Origin: Eledone cirrhosa
Lineage: Eukaryota
Length of the DNA: 64,000 bases
Reading direction: 5' to 3'
NCBI GenBank assembly: GCA_964016885.1
Contig: OZ024764.1
Span: forward strand, 18,662,001 to 18,726,000
Shown here one piece after another: positions 1-12,400 of the stretch. The notes beneath the pieces were generated by a model. The model made no database searches. It worked only from the letters and a program-made list of their open reading frames with translations, and was not told the origin of the DNA. The position numbers and the translations under genes are program-made. Numbering within the stretch: the stretch's first letter is position 1; each line of letters opens with the position of its first letter.

Positions 1-2900
1 TGCAGGTTTCACAACAAAAAGTACCCAGTCCACACTGTAATGTGGTCATATAGGTGTCACAACAAAAAGTACCCAGTCCACACTGTAAAGTGGTCATGTA
101 GGTGTCACAACAAAAAGTACCCAGTCCACACTTTAAAGTGGACATGTAGGTGTCATGACAAAAAGTACCCAGTCCACATTGTAAAGTGGTCATGTAGGTG
201 TCACAACAAAAAGTACCCAGTCCACACTGTAAAGTGGTCATGTAGGTGTCACAACAAAAAGTACCCAGTCCACACTGTAAAGTAGTCATGTAGGTGTAAC
301 AACAAAAAGTACCCAGTCCACACTGTAAAGTGGTCATGTAGGTGTCACAACAAAATATACCCAGTCCACACTGTAAAGTGGTCATGTAGGTGTCACAACA
401 AAAAGTACCCAGTCCACACTGTAAAGTGGTCATGTAGGTGTCACAACAAAAAGTACCCAGTCCACCCTGTAAAGTGGTCATATATGTGTCACAACAAAAA
501 GTACCCAGTCCACCCTGTAAAGTGGTCATGTAGGTGTCACGACAAAAAGTACCCAGTCCACACTGTAAAGTGGTCATGTAGGTGTCACAACAAAAAGTAC
601 CCAGTCCACCCTGTAAAGTGGTCATATAGGTTTCACAACAAAAAGTACCCAGTCCACCCTGTAAAGTGGTCATGTATGTGTCACAACAAAAAGTACCCAG
701 TCCACACTGTAAAGTGGTCATGTATGTGTCACAACAAAAAGTACCCAGTCCACACTTTAAAGTGGTCATGTAGGTGTCACAACAAAAAGTACCCAGTCCA
801 CACTGTAATGTGGTCATGCAGGTTTCACACCAAAAAGTACCCAGTCCACACTGTAATGTGGTCATATAGGTGTCACAACAAAAAGTACCCAGTCCACACT
901 GTAAAGTGGTCATGTAGGTGTCACAACAAAAAGTACCCAGTCCACACTGTAAAGTGGACATGTAGGTGTCATGACAAAAAGTACCCAGTCCACACTGTCA
1001 AGTGGTCATGTAGGTGTCACAACAAAAAGTACCTAGTCCACACTGTAAAGTGGTCATGTAGCTGTCACAACAAAAAGTACCCAGTCCACACTGTAATGTG
1101 GTCATGCAGGTTTCACAACAAAAAGTACCCAGTCCACACTGTAATGTGGTCATATAGGTGTCACAACAAAAAGTACCCAGTCCACACTGTAAAGTGGTCA
1201 TGTAGGTGTCACAACAAAAAGTACCCAGTCCACACTTTAAAGTGGACATGTAGGTGTCATGACAAAAAGTACCCAGTCCACATTGTAAAGTGGTCATGTA
1301 GGTGTCACAACAAAAAGTACCCAGTCCACACTGTAAAGTGGTCATGTAGGTGTCACAACAAAAAGTACCCAGTCCACACTGTAAAGTAGTCATGTAGGTG
1401 TAACAACAAAAAGTACCCAGTCCACACTGTAAAGTGGTCATGTAGGTGTCACAACAAAATATACCCAGTCCACACTGTAAAGTGGTCATGTAGGTGTCAC
1501 AACAAAAAGTACCCAGTCCACACTGTAAAGTGGTCATGTAGGTGTCACAACAAAAAGTACCCAGTCCACCCTGTAAAGTGGTCATATATGTATCACAACA
1601 AAAAGTACCCAGTCCACCCTGTAAAGTGGTCATGTATGTGTCACAACAAAAAGTACCCAGTCCACACTGTAAAGTGGTCATGTAGGTGTCACAACAAAAA
1701 GTACCCAGTCCACACTTTAAAGTCATATAGGTGTCACAACAAAAATTACCCAGTCCACACTGTAATGTGGTCATGCAGGTTTCACACCAAAAAGTACCCA
1801 GTCCACACTGTAATGTGGTCATATAGGTGTCACAACAAAAAGTACCCAGTCCACACTGTAAAGTGGTCATGTAGGTGTCAACAAAAAGTACCCAGTCCAC
1901 ACTGTAATGTGGTCATGCAGGTTTCACAACAAAAAGTACCCAGTCCACACTGTAATGTGGTCATATAGGTGTCACAACAAAAAGTACCCAGTCCACACTG
2001 TAAAGTGGTCATGTAGGTGTCACAACAAAAAGTACCCAGTCCACACTTTAAAGTGGACATGTAGGTGTCATGACAAAAAGTACCCAGTCCACATTGTAAA
2101 GTGGTCATGTAGGTGTCACAACAAAAAGTACCCAGTCCACACTGTAAAGTGGTCATGTAGGTGTCACAACAAAAAGTACCCAGTCCACACTGTAAAGTAG
2201 TCATGTAGGTGTTACAACAAAAAGTACCCAGTCCACACTGTAAAGTGGTCATGTAGGTGTCACAACAAAATATACCCAGTCCACACTGTAAAGTGGTCAT
2301 GTAGGTGTCACAACAAAAAGTACCCAGTCCACACTGTAAAGTGGTCATGTAGGTGTCACAACAAAAAGTACCCAGTCCACCCTGTAAAGTGGTCATATAT
2401 GTGTCACAACAAAAAGTACCCAGTCCACCCTGTAAAGTGGTCATGTAGGTGTCACGACAAAAAGTACCCAGTCCACACTGTAAAGTGGTCATGTAGGTGT
2501 CACAACAAAAAGTACCCAGTCCACCCTGTAAAGTGGTCATATAGGTTTCACAACAAAAAGTACCCAGTCCACCCTGTAAAGTGGTCATGTATGTGTCACA
2601 ACAAAAAGTACCCAGTCCACACTGTAAAGTGGTCATGTATGTGTCACAACAAAAAGTACCCAGTCCACACTTTAAAGTGGTCATGTAGGTGTCACAACAA
2701 AAAGTACCCTGTCCACACTGTAATGTGGTCATGCAGGTTTCACACCAAAAAGTACCCAGTCCACACTGTAATGTGGTCATATAGGTGTCACAACAAAAAG
2801 TACCCAGTCCACACTGTAAAGTGGTCATGTAGGTGTCACAACAAAAAGTACCCAGTCCACACTGTAAAGTGGACATGTAGGTGTCATGACAAAAAGTACC
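1..2900. repeat. Higher-order duplications at offsets 1104 bp (23 monomers) and 1915 bp (40 monomers minus 5 bp)
   Basis: The same variant string (ctttaaagtggac..catgac, cattg, aagtagtc) ends ORFs at 285, 1389 and 2200. ORFs starting at 484 and 2399 have the same variant order. The 5-bp shortfall matches the 3-bp deletion at ~1721 and the 2-bp deletion at ~1879. Confidence 0.85.
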
Positions 2901-5639
2901 CAGTCCACACTGTAAAGTGGTCATGTAGGTGTCACAACAAAAAGTACCCAGTCCACACTGTAATGTGGTCATATAGGTGTCACAACAAAAAGTACCCAGT
3001 CCACACTGTAAAGTGGTCATGTAGGTGTCAACAAAAAGTACCCAGTCCACACTGTCAAGTGGTCATGTAGGTGTCACAACAAAAAGTACCTAGTCCACAC
3101 TGTAAAGTGGTCATGTAGCTGTCACAACAAAAAGTACCCAGTCCACACTGTAATGTGGTCATGCAGGTTTCACAACAAAAAGTACCCAGTCCACACTGTA
3201 ATGTGGTCATATAGGTGTCACAACAAAAAGTACCCAGTCCACACTGTAAAGTGGTTATGTAGGTCTCACAACAAAAAGTACCCAGTCCACACTGTAAAGT
3301 GGACATGTAGGTGTCATGACAAAAAGTACCCAGTCCACACTGTAAAGTGGTCATGTAGGTGTCACAACAAAAAGTACCCAGTCCACACTGTAAAGTGGTC
3401 ATGTAGGTGTCACAACAAAAAGTACCCAGTCCACACTGTAAAGTGGTCATGTAGGTGTCACAACAAAAATACCCAGTCCACACTGTAAAGTGGTCATGTA
3501 GGTGTCACAACAAAAAGTACCCAGTCCACACTGTAAAGTGGTAATGTAGGTGTCACAACAAAAAGTACCCAGTCCACACTGTAAAGTGGTCACGTAGGTG
3601 TCACAACAAAAAGTACCCACTCCACACTGTAAAGTGGTCATGTAGGTATCATGACAAAAAGTACCCTGTCCACACTGTAAAGTGGTCATGTAGGTGTCAC
3701 AACAAACAACACCCAGTCCACACTGTAAAGTGGTCATGTAGGTGTCACGACAAAAAGTACCCAGTCCACCTCTGTAAAGTGGTCATGTAGGTTTCACAAC
3801 AAAAAGTACCCAGTCCACACTGTAATGTGGTCATGTAGGTGTCACAACAAACAGCACCCAGTCCACACTGTAAAGTGGTCATGTAGGTGTCACAACAAAC
3901 AGCACCCAGTCCACACTGTAAAGTGGTCATGTAGCTATCATGACAAAAAGTACCCAGTCCACACTGTAAAGTGGTCATGTAGGTGTCACGACAAAACGTA
4001 CCCAGTCCACACTGTAAAGTGGTCATGTAGGTGTCACAACAAAAAGTACCCAGTCCACACTGTAAAGTGGTCACGTAGGTGTCACAACAAAAAGTACCCA
4101 CTCCACACTGTAAAGTGGTCATGTAGGTATCATGACAAAAAGTACCCAGTCCACACTGTAAAGTGGTCATGTAGGTGTCACAACAAACAGCACCCAGTCC
4201 ACACTGTAAAGTGGTCATGTAGGTGTCACAACAAAAAGTACCTAGTCCACACTGTAAAGTGGTCATGTAGGTGTCACAACAAAAAGTACCCAGTCCACAC
4301 TGTAATGTGGTCATGTAGGTGTCACAAGAAAAAGTACTCAGTCCACACTGTAAAGTGGTCATGTAGGTGTCATAACAAAAAGTACCCAGTCCACACTGTA
4401 AAGTGGTTATGTAGGTGTCATAACCAAAAGTACCCAGTCCACACTGTAAAGTGGTCATGTAGGTGTCACAACAAAAAGTACCCAGTCCACACTGTCAAGT
4501 GGTCATGTAGGTGTCACAACAAAAAGTACCTAGTCCACACTGTAAAGTGGTCATGTAGCTGTCACAACAAAAAGTACCCAGTCCACACTGTAATGTGGTC
4601 ATGCAGGTTTCACAACAAAAAGTACCCAGTCCACACTGTAATGTGGTCATATAGGTGTCACAACAAAAAGTACCCAGTCCACACTGTAAAGTGGTCATGT
4701 AGGTGTCACAACAAAAAGTATCCAGTCCACACTGTAAAGTGGACATGTAGGTGTCATGACAAAAAGTACCCAGTCCACATTGTAAAGTGCTCATGTAGGT
4801 GTCACAACAAAAAGTACCCAGTCCACACTGTAAAGTGGTCATGTAGGTGTCACAACAAAAAGTACCCAGTCCACACTGTAAAGTAGTCATGTAGGTGTCA
4901 CAACAAAAAGTACCCAGTCCACACTGTAAAGTGGTCATGTAGGTGTCACTACAAAATATACCCAGTCCACACTGTAAAGTGGTCATGTAGGTGTCACAAC
5001 AAAAAGTACCCAGTCCACACTGTAAAGTGGTCATGTAGGTGTCACAACAAAAAGTACCCAGTCCACCCTGTAAAGTGGTCATATAGGTGTCACAACAAAA
5101 AGTACCCAGTCCACCCTGTAAAGTGGTCATGTATGTGTCACAACAAAAAGCACCCAGTCCACACTGTAAAGTGGTCATGTATGTGTCACAACAAAAAGTA
5201 CCCAGTTCACACTTTAAAGTGGTCATGTAGGTGTCACAACAAAAAGTACCCAGTCCACACTGTAATGTGGTCATGCAGGTTTCACACCAAAAAGTACCCA
5301 GTCCACACTGTAATGTGGTCATATAGGTGTCACAACAAAAAGTACCCAGTCCACACTGTAAAGTGGACATGTAGGTGTCATGACAAAAAGTACCCAGTCC
5401 ACACTGTAAAGTGGTCATGTAGGTGTCACAACAAAAAGTAACCAGTCCACACTGTAAAGTGGTCATGTAGGTGTCACAACAAAAAGTACCCAGTCCACAC
5501 TGTAAAGTGGTCATGTAGGTGTCACAACAAAAAGTACCCAGTCCACACTGTAAAGTGGTCATGTAGGTGTCACAACAAAAAGTACCCAGTCCACACTGTA
5601 AAGTGGTCATGTAGGTGTCACGACAAAAAGTACCCAGTC

Positions 5640-8600
5640 CACACTGTAATGTGGTCATGTAGGTGTCACAAGAAAAAGTACTCAGTCCACACTGTAAAGT
5701 GGTCATGTAGGTGTCATAACGAAAAGTACCCAGTCCACACTGTAAAGTGGTTATGTAGGTGTCATAACCAAAAGTACCCAGTCCACACTGTAAAGTGGTC
5801 ATGTAGGTGTCACAACAAAAAGTACCTAGTCCACACTGTAAAGTGGTCATGTAGCTGTCACAACAAAAAGTACCCAGTCCACACTGTAATGTGGTCATGC
5901 AGGTTTCACAACAAAAAGTACCCAGTCCACACTGTAATGTGGTCATATAGGTGTCACAACAAAAAGTACCCAGTCCACACTGTAAAGTGGTCATGTAGGT
6001 GTCACAACAAAAAGTACCCAGTCCACACTGTAAAGTGGACATGTAGGTGTCATGACAAAAATTACCCAGTCCACATTGTAAAGTGGTCATGTAGGTGTCA
6101 CAACAAAAAGTACCCAGTCCACACTGTAAAGTGGTCATGTAGGTGTCACAACAAAAAGTACCCAGTCTACCCTGTAAAGTGGTCATGTAGGTGTCACGAC
6201 AAAAAGTATCCAGTCCACACTGTAAAGTGGTCGTGTAGGTGTCACAACAAAAAGTACCCAGTCCACACTGTAAAGTGGTCATGTAGGTGTCACAACAAAA
6301 AGTACCCAGTTCACACTGTAAAGTGGTCATGTAGGTGTTACAACAAACAGAACCCAGTCCACACTGTAAAGTGGTCATGTAGGTGTCACGACAAAAAGTA
6401 CCCAGTCCACACTGTAAAGTGGTCATGTAGGTGTCACGACAAAAAGTACCCAGTCCACACTGTAAAGTGGTCATGTAGGTGTCACAACAAACAGCACCCA
6501 GTCAACACTGTAAAGTGGTCATGTAGGTGTCACAACAAAAAGTACCTAGTCCACACTGTAAAGTGGTCATGTAGGTGTCACAACAAAAAGTACCCAGTCC
6601 ACACTGTAATGTGGTCATGTAGGTGTCACAAGAAAAAGTACTCATTCCACACTGTAAAGTGGTCATGTAGGTGTCATAACAAAAAGTACCCAGTCCACAC
6701 TGTAAAGTGGTTATGTAGGTGTCATAACCAAAAGTACCTAGTCCACACTGTAAAGTGGTCATGTAGGTGTCACAACAATAAGTACCCAGTCCACACTGTC
6801 AAGTGGTCATGTAGGTGTCACAACAAAAAGTACCTAGTCCACACTGTAAAGTGGTCATGTAGCTGTCACAACAAAAAGTACCCAGTCCACACTGTAATGT
6901 GGTCATGCAGGTTTCACAACAAAAAGTACCCAGTCCACACTGTAATGTGGTCATATAGGTGTCACAACAAAAAGTACCCAGTCCACACTGTAAAGTGGTC
7001 ATGTAGGTGTCACAACAAAAAGTACCCAGTCCACACTGTAAAGTGGACATGTAGGTGTCATGACAAAAAGTACCCAGTCCACATTGTAAAGTGGTCATGT
7101 AGGTGTCACAACAAAAAGTACCCAGTCCACACTGTAAAGTGGTCATGTAGGTGTCACAACAAAAAGTACCCAGTCCACACTGTAAAGTAGTCATGTAGGT
7201 GTCACAACAAAAAGTACCCAGTCCACACTGTAAAGTGGTCATGTAGGTGTCACAACAAAAAGTAACCAGTCCACACTGTAAAGTGGTCATGTAGGTGTCA
7301 CAACAAAAAGTACCCAGTCCACACTGCAAAGTGGTCATGTAGGTATCACAACAAAAAGTACCCAGTCCACACTGTAAAGTGGTCATGTAGGTGTCACGAC
7401 AAAAAGTACCCAGTCCACACTGTAAAGTGGACATGTAGGTGTCATGACAAAAAGTACCCAGTCCACACTGTAATGTGGTCATGTAGGTGTCACAAGAAAA
7501 AGTACTCATTCCACACTGTAAAGTGGTCATGTAGGTGTCATAACAAAAAGTACCCAGTCCACACTGTAAAGTGGTCATGTAGGTGTCACAACAAAAAGTA
7601 CCCAGTCCACACTGCAAAGTGGTCATGTAGGTATCACAACAAAAAGTACCCAGTCCACACTGTAAAGTGGTCATGTAGGTGTCACAACAAAAAGTACCCA
7701 GTCCACACTGTAAAGTGGACATGTAGGTGTCATGACAAAAAGTACCCAGTCCACACTGTAATGTGGTCATATAGGTGTCACAACAAAAAGTACCCAGTCC
7801 ACACTGTAAAGTGGTCATGTAGGTGTCACAACAAAAAGTACCCAGTTCACACTGTAAAGTGGACATGTAGGTGTCATGACAAAAAGTACCCAGTCCACAC
7901 TGTAAAGTGGTCATGTAGGTGTCACAACAAAAAGTAACCAGTCCACACTGTAAAGTGGTCATGTAGGTGTCACAACAAAAAGTACCCAGTCCACACTGTA
8001 AAGTGGTCATGTAGGTGTCACAACAAAAAGTACCCAGTCCACACTGCAAAGTGGTCATGTAGGTATCACAACAAAAAGTACCCAGTCCACACTGTAAAGT
8101 GGTCATGTAGGTGTCACGACAAAAAGTACCCAGTCCACACTGTAATGTGGTCATGTAGGTGTCACAAGAAAAAGTACTCAGTCCACACTGTAAAGTGGTC
8201 ATGTAGGTGTCATAACGAAAAGTACCCAGTCCACACTGTAAAGTGGTTATGTAGGTGTCATAACCAAAAGTACCCAGTCCACATTGTAAAGTGGTCATGT
8301 AGGTGTCACAACAAAAAGTACCCAGTCCACACTGTAAAGTGGTCATGTAGGTGTCACAACAAAAAGTACCCAGTCTACCCTGTAAAGTGGTCATGTAGGT
8401 GTCACGACAAAAAGTATCCAGTCCACACTGTAAAGTGGTCGTGTAGGTGTCACAACAAAAAGTACCCAGTCCACACTGTAAAGTGGTCATGTAGGTGTCA
8501 CAACAAAAAGTACCCAGTCCACACTGTAAAGTGGTCATGTAGGTGTTACAACAAACAGAACCCAGTCCACACTGTAAAGTGGTCATGTAGGTGTCACGAC

Positions 8601-9420
8601 AAAAAGTACCCAGTCCACACTGTAAAGTGGTCATGTAGGTGTCACGACAAAAAGTACCCAGTCCACACTGTAAAGTGGTCATGTAGGTGTCACAACAAAC
8701 AGCACCCAGTCAACACTGTAAAGTGGTCATGTAGGTGTCACAACAAAAAGTACCTAGTCCACACTGTAAAGTGGTCATGTAGGTGTCACAACAAAAAGTA
8801 CCCAGTCCACACTGTAATGTGGTCATGTAGGTGTCACATGAAAAAGTACTCATTCCACACTGTAAAGTGGTCATGTAGGTGTCATAACAAAAAGTACCCA
8901 GTCCACACTGTAAAGTGGTTATGTAGGTGTCATAACCAAAAGTACCCAGTCCACACTGTAAAGTGGTCATGTAGGTGTCACAACAATAAGTACCCAGTCC
9001 ACACTGTCAAGTGGTCATGTAGGTGTCACAACAAAAAGTACCTAGTCCACACTGTAAAGTGGTCATGTAGCTGTCACAACAAAAAGTACCCAGTCCACAC
9101 TGTAATGTGGTTATGCAGGTTTCACAACAAAAAGTACCCAGTCCACACTGTAATGTGGTCATATAGGTGTCACAACAAAAAGTACCCAGTCCACACTGTA
9201 AAGTGGTCATGTAGGTGTCACAACAAAAAGTACCCAGTCCACACTGTAAAGTGGACATGTAGGTGTCATGACAAAAAGTACCCAGTCCACATTGTAAAGT
9301 GGTCATGTAGGTGTCACAACAAAAAGTACCCAGTCCACACTGTAAAGTGGTCATGTAGGTGTCACAACAAAAAGTACCCAGTCCACACTGTAAAGTAGTC
9401 ATGTAGGTGTCACAACAAAA
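5640..9420. repeat. Block duplication with offset 2208 bp (46 monomers), and 2496 bp for the left part
   Basis: Identical minus ORFs at 6502..6762 and 8710..8970; stops at 7190 and 9398. Shared rare variants: gtcaacactg (6501/8709), caataag (~6776/~8984), tgttacaacaaacagaacc (~6336/~8544). ORF starts at 5649 and 8145 are 2496 apart. Confidence 0.85.
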
Positions 9421-12400
9421 AGTACCCAGTCCACACTGTAAAGTGGTCATGTAGGTGTCACAACAAAATATACCCAGTCCACACTGTAAAGTGGTCATGT
9501 AGGTGTCACAACAAAAAGTACCCAGTCCACACTGTAAAGTGGTCATGTAGGTGTCACACCAAAAAGTACCCAGTCCACACTTTAAAGTGGTCATGTAGGT
9601 GTCACAACAAAAAGTACCCAGTTCACACTGTAATATGGTCATGCAGGTTTCACACCAAAAAGTACCCAGTCCACACTGTAATGTGGTCATATAAGTGTCA
9701 CAACAAAAAGTACCCAGTCCACACTGTAAAGTGGTCATGTAGGTGTCACAACAAAAAGTACCCAGTCCACACTGTAAAGTGGACATGTAGGTGTCATGAC
9801 AAAAAGTACCCAGTCCACACTGTAAAGTGGTCATGTAGGTGTCACAACAAAAAGTAACCAGTCCACACTGTAAAGTGGTCATGTAGGTGTCACAACAAAA
9901 AGTACCCAATCCACACTGTAAAGTGGTCATGTAGGTGTCACAACAAAAAGTACCCAGTCCACACTGTAAAGTGGTCAATTGGATGTCACGACAAAAAGTA
10001 CCCAGTCCACACTGTAAAGTGGTCATGTAGGTGTCACAACAAACAGCACCCAGTCCACACTGTAAAGTGGTCATGTAGGTGTCACAACAAAAAGTACCTA
10101 GTCCACACTGTAAAGTGGTCATGTAGGTGTCACAACAAAAAGTACCCAGTCCACACTGTCAAGTGGTCATGTAGGTGTCACAACAAAAAGTACCTAGTCC
10201 ACACTGTAAAGTGGTCATGTAGCTGTCACAACAAAAAGTACCCAGTCCACACTGTAATGTGGTCATGCAGGTTTCACAACAAAAAGTACCCAGTCCACAC
10301 TGTAATGTGGTCATATAGGTGTCACAACAAAAAGTACCCAGTCCACACTGTAAAGTGGTCATGTAGGTGTCACAACAAAAAGTACCCAGTCCACACTGTA
10401 AAGTGGACATGTAGGTGTCATGACAAAAGGTACCCAGTCCACATTGTAAAGTGGTCATGTAGGTGTCACAACAAAAAGTACCCAGTCCACACTGTAAAGT
10501 AGTCATGTAGGTGTCACAACAAAAAGTACCCAGTCCACACTGTAAAGTGGTCATGTAGGTGTCACAACAAAAAGTACCCAGTCCACACTTTAAAGTGGTC
10601 ATGTAGGTGTCACAACAAAAAGTACCCAGTCCACACTGTAATGTGGTCATATAGGTGTCACAACAAAAAGTACCCAGTCCACACTGTAAAGTGGTCATGT
10701 AGGTGTCACAACAAAAAGTACCTAGTCCACACTGTAAAGTGGACATGTAGGTGTCATGACAAAAAGTACCCAGTCCACACTGTAAAGTGGTCATGTAGGT
10801 GTCACAACAAAAAGTAACCAGTCCACACTGTAAAGTGGTCATGTAGGTGTCACAACAAAAAGTACCCAGTCCACACTGTAAAGTGGTCATGTAGGTGTCA
10901 CAACAAAAAGTACCCAGTCCACACTGTAAAGTGGTCATGTAGGTGTCACAACAAAAAGTACCCAGTCCACACTGTAAAGTGGTCATGTAGGTGTCACAAC
11001 AAAAAGTACCCAGTCCACACTGTAAAGTGGTCATGTAGGTGTCACAACAAAAAATACCCAGTCCACACTGTAAAGTGGTCATGTAGGTGTCACAACAAAA
11101 AGTACCCAGTCCACCCTGTAAAGTGGTCATATATGTGTCACAACAAAAAGTACCCAGTCCACCCTGTAAAGTGGTCATGTATGTGTCACAACAAAAAGTA
11201 CCCAGTCCACACTGTAAAGTGGTCATGTAGGTGTCACAAGAAAAAGTACCCAGTCCACACTGTAAAGTGGTCAAGTAGGTGTCACAACAAAAAGTACCCA
11301 GTCCACACTGTAAAGTGGACATGTAGGTGTCATGACAAAAAGTACCCAGTCCACACTGTAAAGTGGTCATGTAGGTGTCACAACAAAAATACCCAGTCCA
11401 CACTGTAAAGTGGTCATGTAGGTGTCACAACAAAAAGTACCCAGTCCACACTGTAAAGTGGTCATGTAGGTGTCACAACAAAAAGTACCCAGTCCACCCT
11501 GTAAAGTGGTCATATAGGTGTCACAACAAAAAGTACCCAGTCCACCCTGTAAAGTGGTCATGTATGTGTCACAACAAAAAATACCCAGTCCACACTGTAA
11601 AGTGGTCATGTATGTGTCACAACAAAAAGTACCCAGTCCACACTTTAAAGTGGTCATGTAGGTGTCACAACAAAAAGTCCCCAGTCCACACTGTAATGTG
11701 GTTATGCAGGTTTCACACCAAAAAGTACCCAGTCCACACTGTAATGTGGTCATATAGGTGTCACAACAAAAAGTACCCAGCCCACACTGTAAAGTGGTCA
11801 TGTAGGTGTCAACAAAAAGTACCCAGTCCACACTGTCAAGTGGTCATGTAGGTGTCACAACAAAAAGTACCTAGTCCACACTGTAAAGTGGTCATGTAGC
11901 TGTCACAACAAAAAGTACCCAGTCCACACTGTAATGTGGTCATGCAGGTTTCACAACAAAAAGTACCCAGTCCACACTGTAATGTGGTCATATAGGTGTC
12001 ACAACAAAAAGTACCCAGTCCACACTGTAAAGTGGTCATGTAGGTGTCACAACAAAAAGTACCTAGTCCACACTGTAAAGTGGTCATGTAGCTGTCACAA
12101 CAAAAAGTACCCAGTCCACACTGTAATGTGGTCATGCAGGTTTCACAACAAAAATTACCCAGTCCACACTGTAATGTGGTCATATAGGTGTCACAACAAA
12201 AAGTACCCAGTCCACACTGTAAAGTGGTCATGTAGGTGTCACAACAAAAAGTACCCAGTCCACACTGTAAAGTGGACATGTAGGTGTCATGACAAAAAGT
12301 ACCCAGTCCACACTGTAAAGTGGTCATGTAGGTGTCACAACAAAAAGTACCCAGTCCACACTGTAAAGTGGTCATGTATGTGTCACAACAAAAAGTACCC

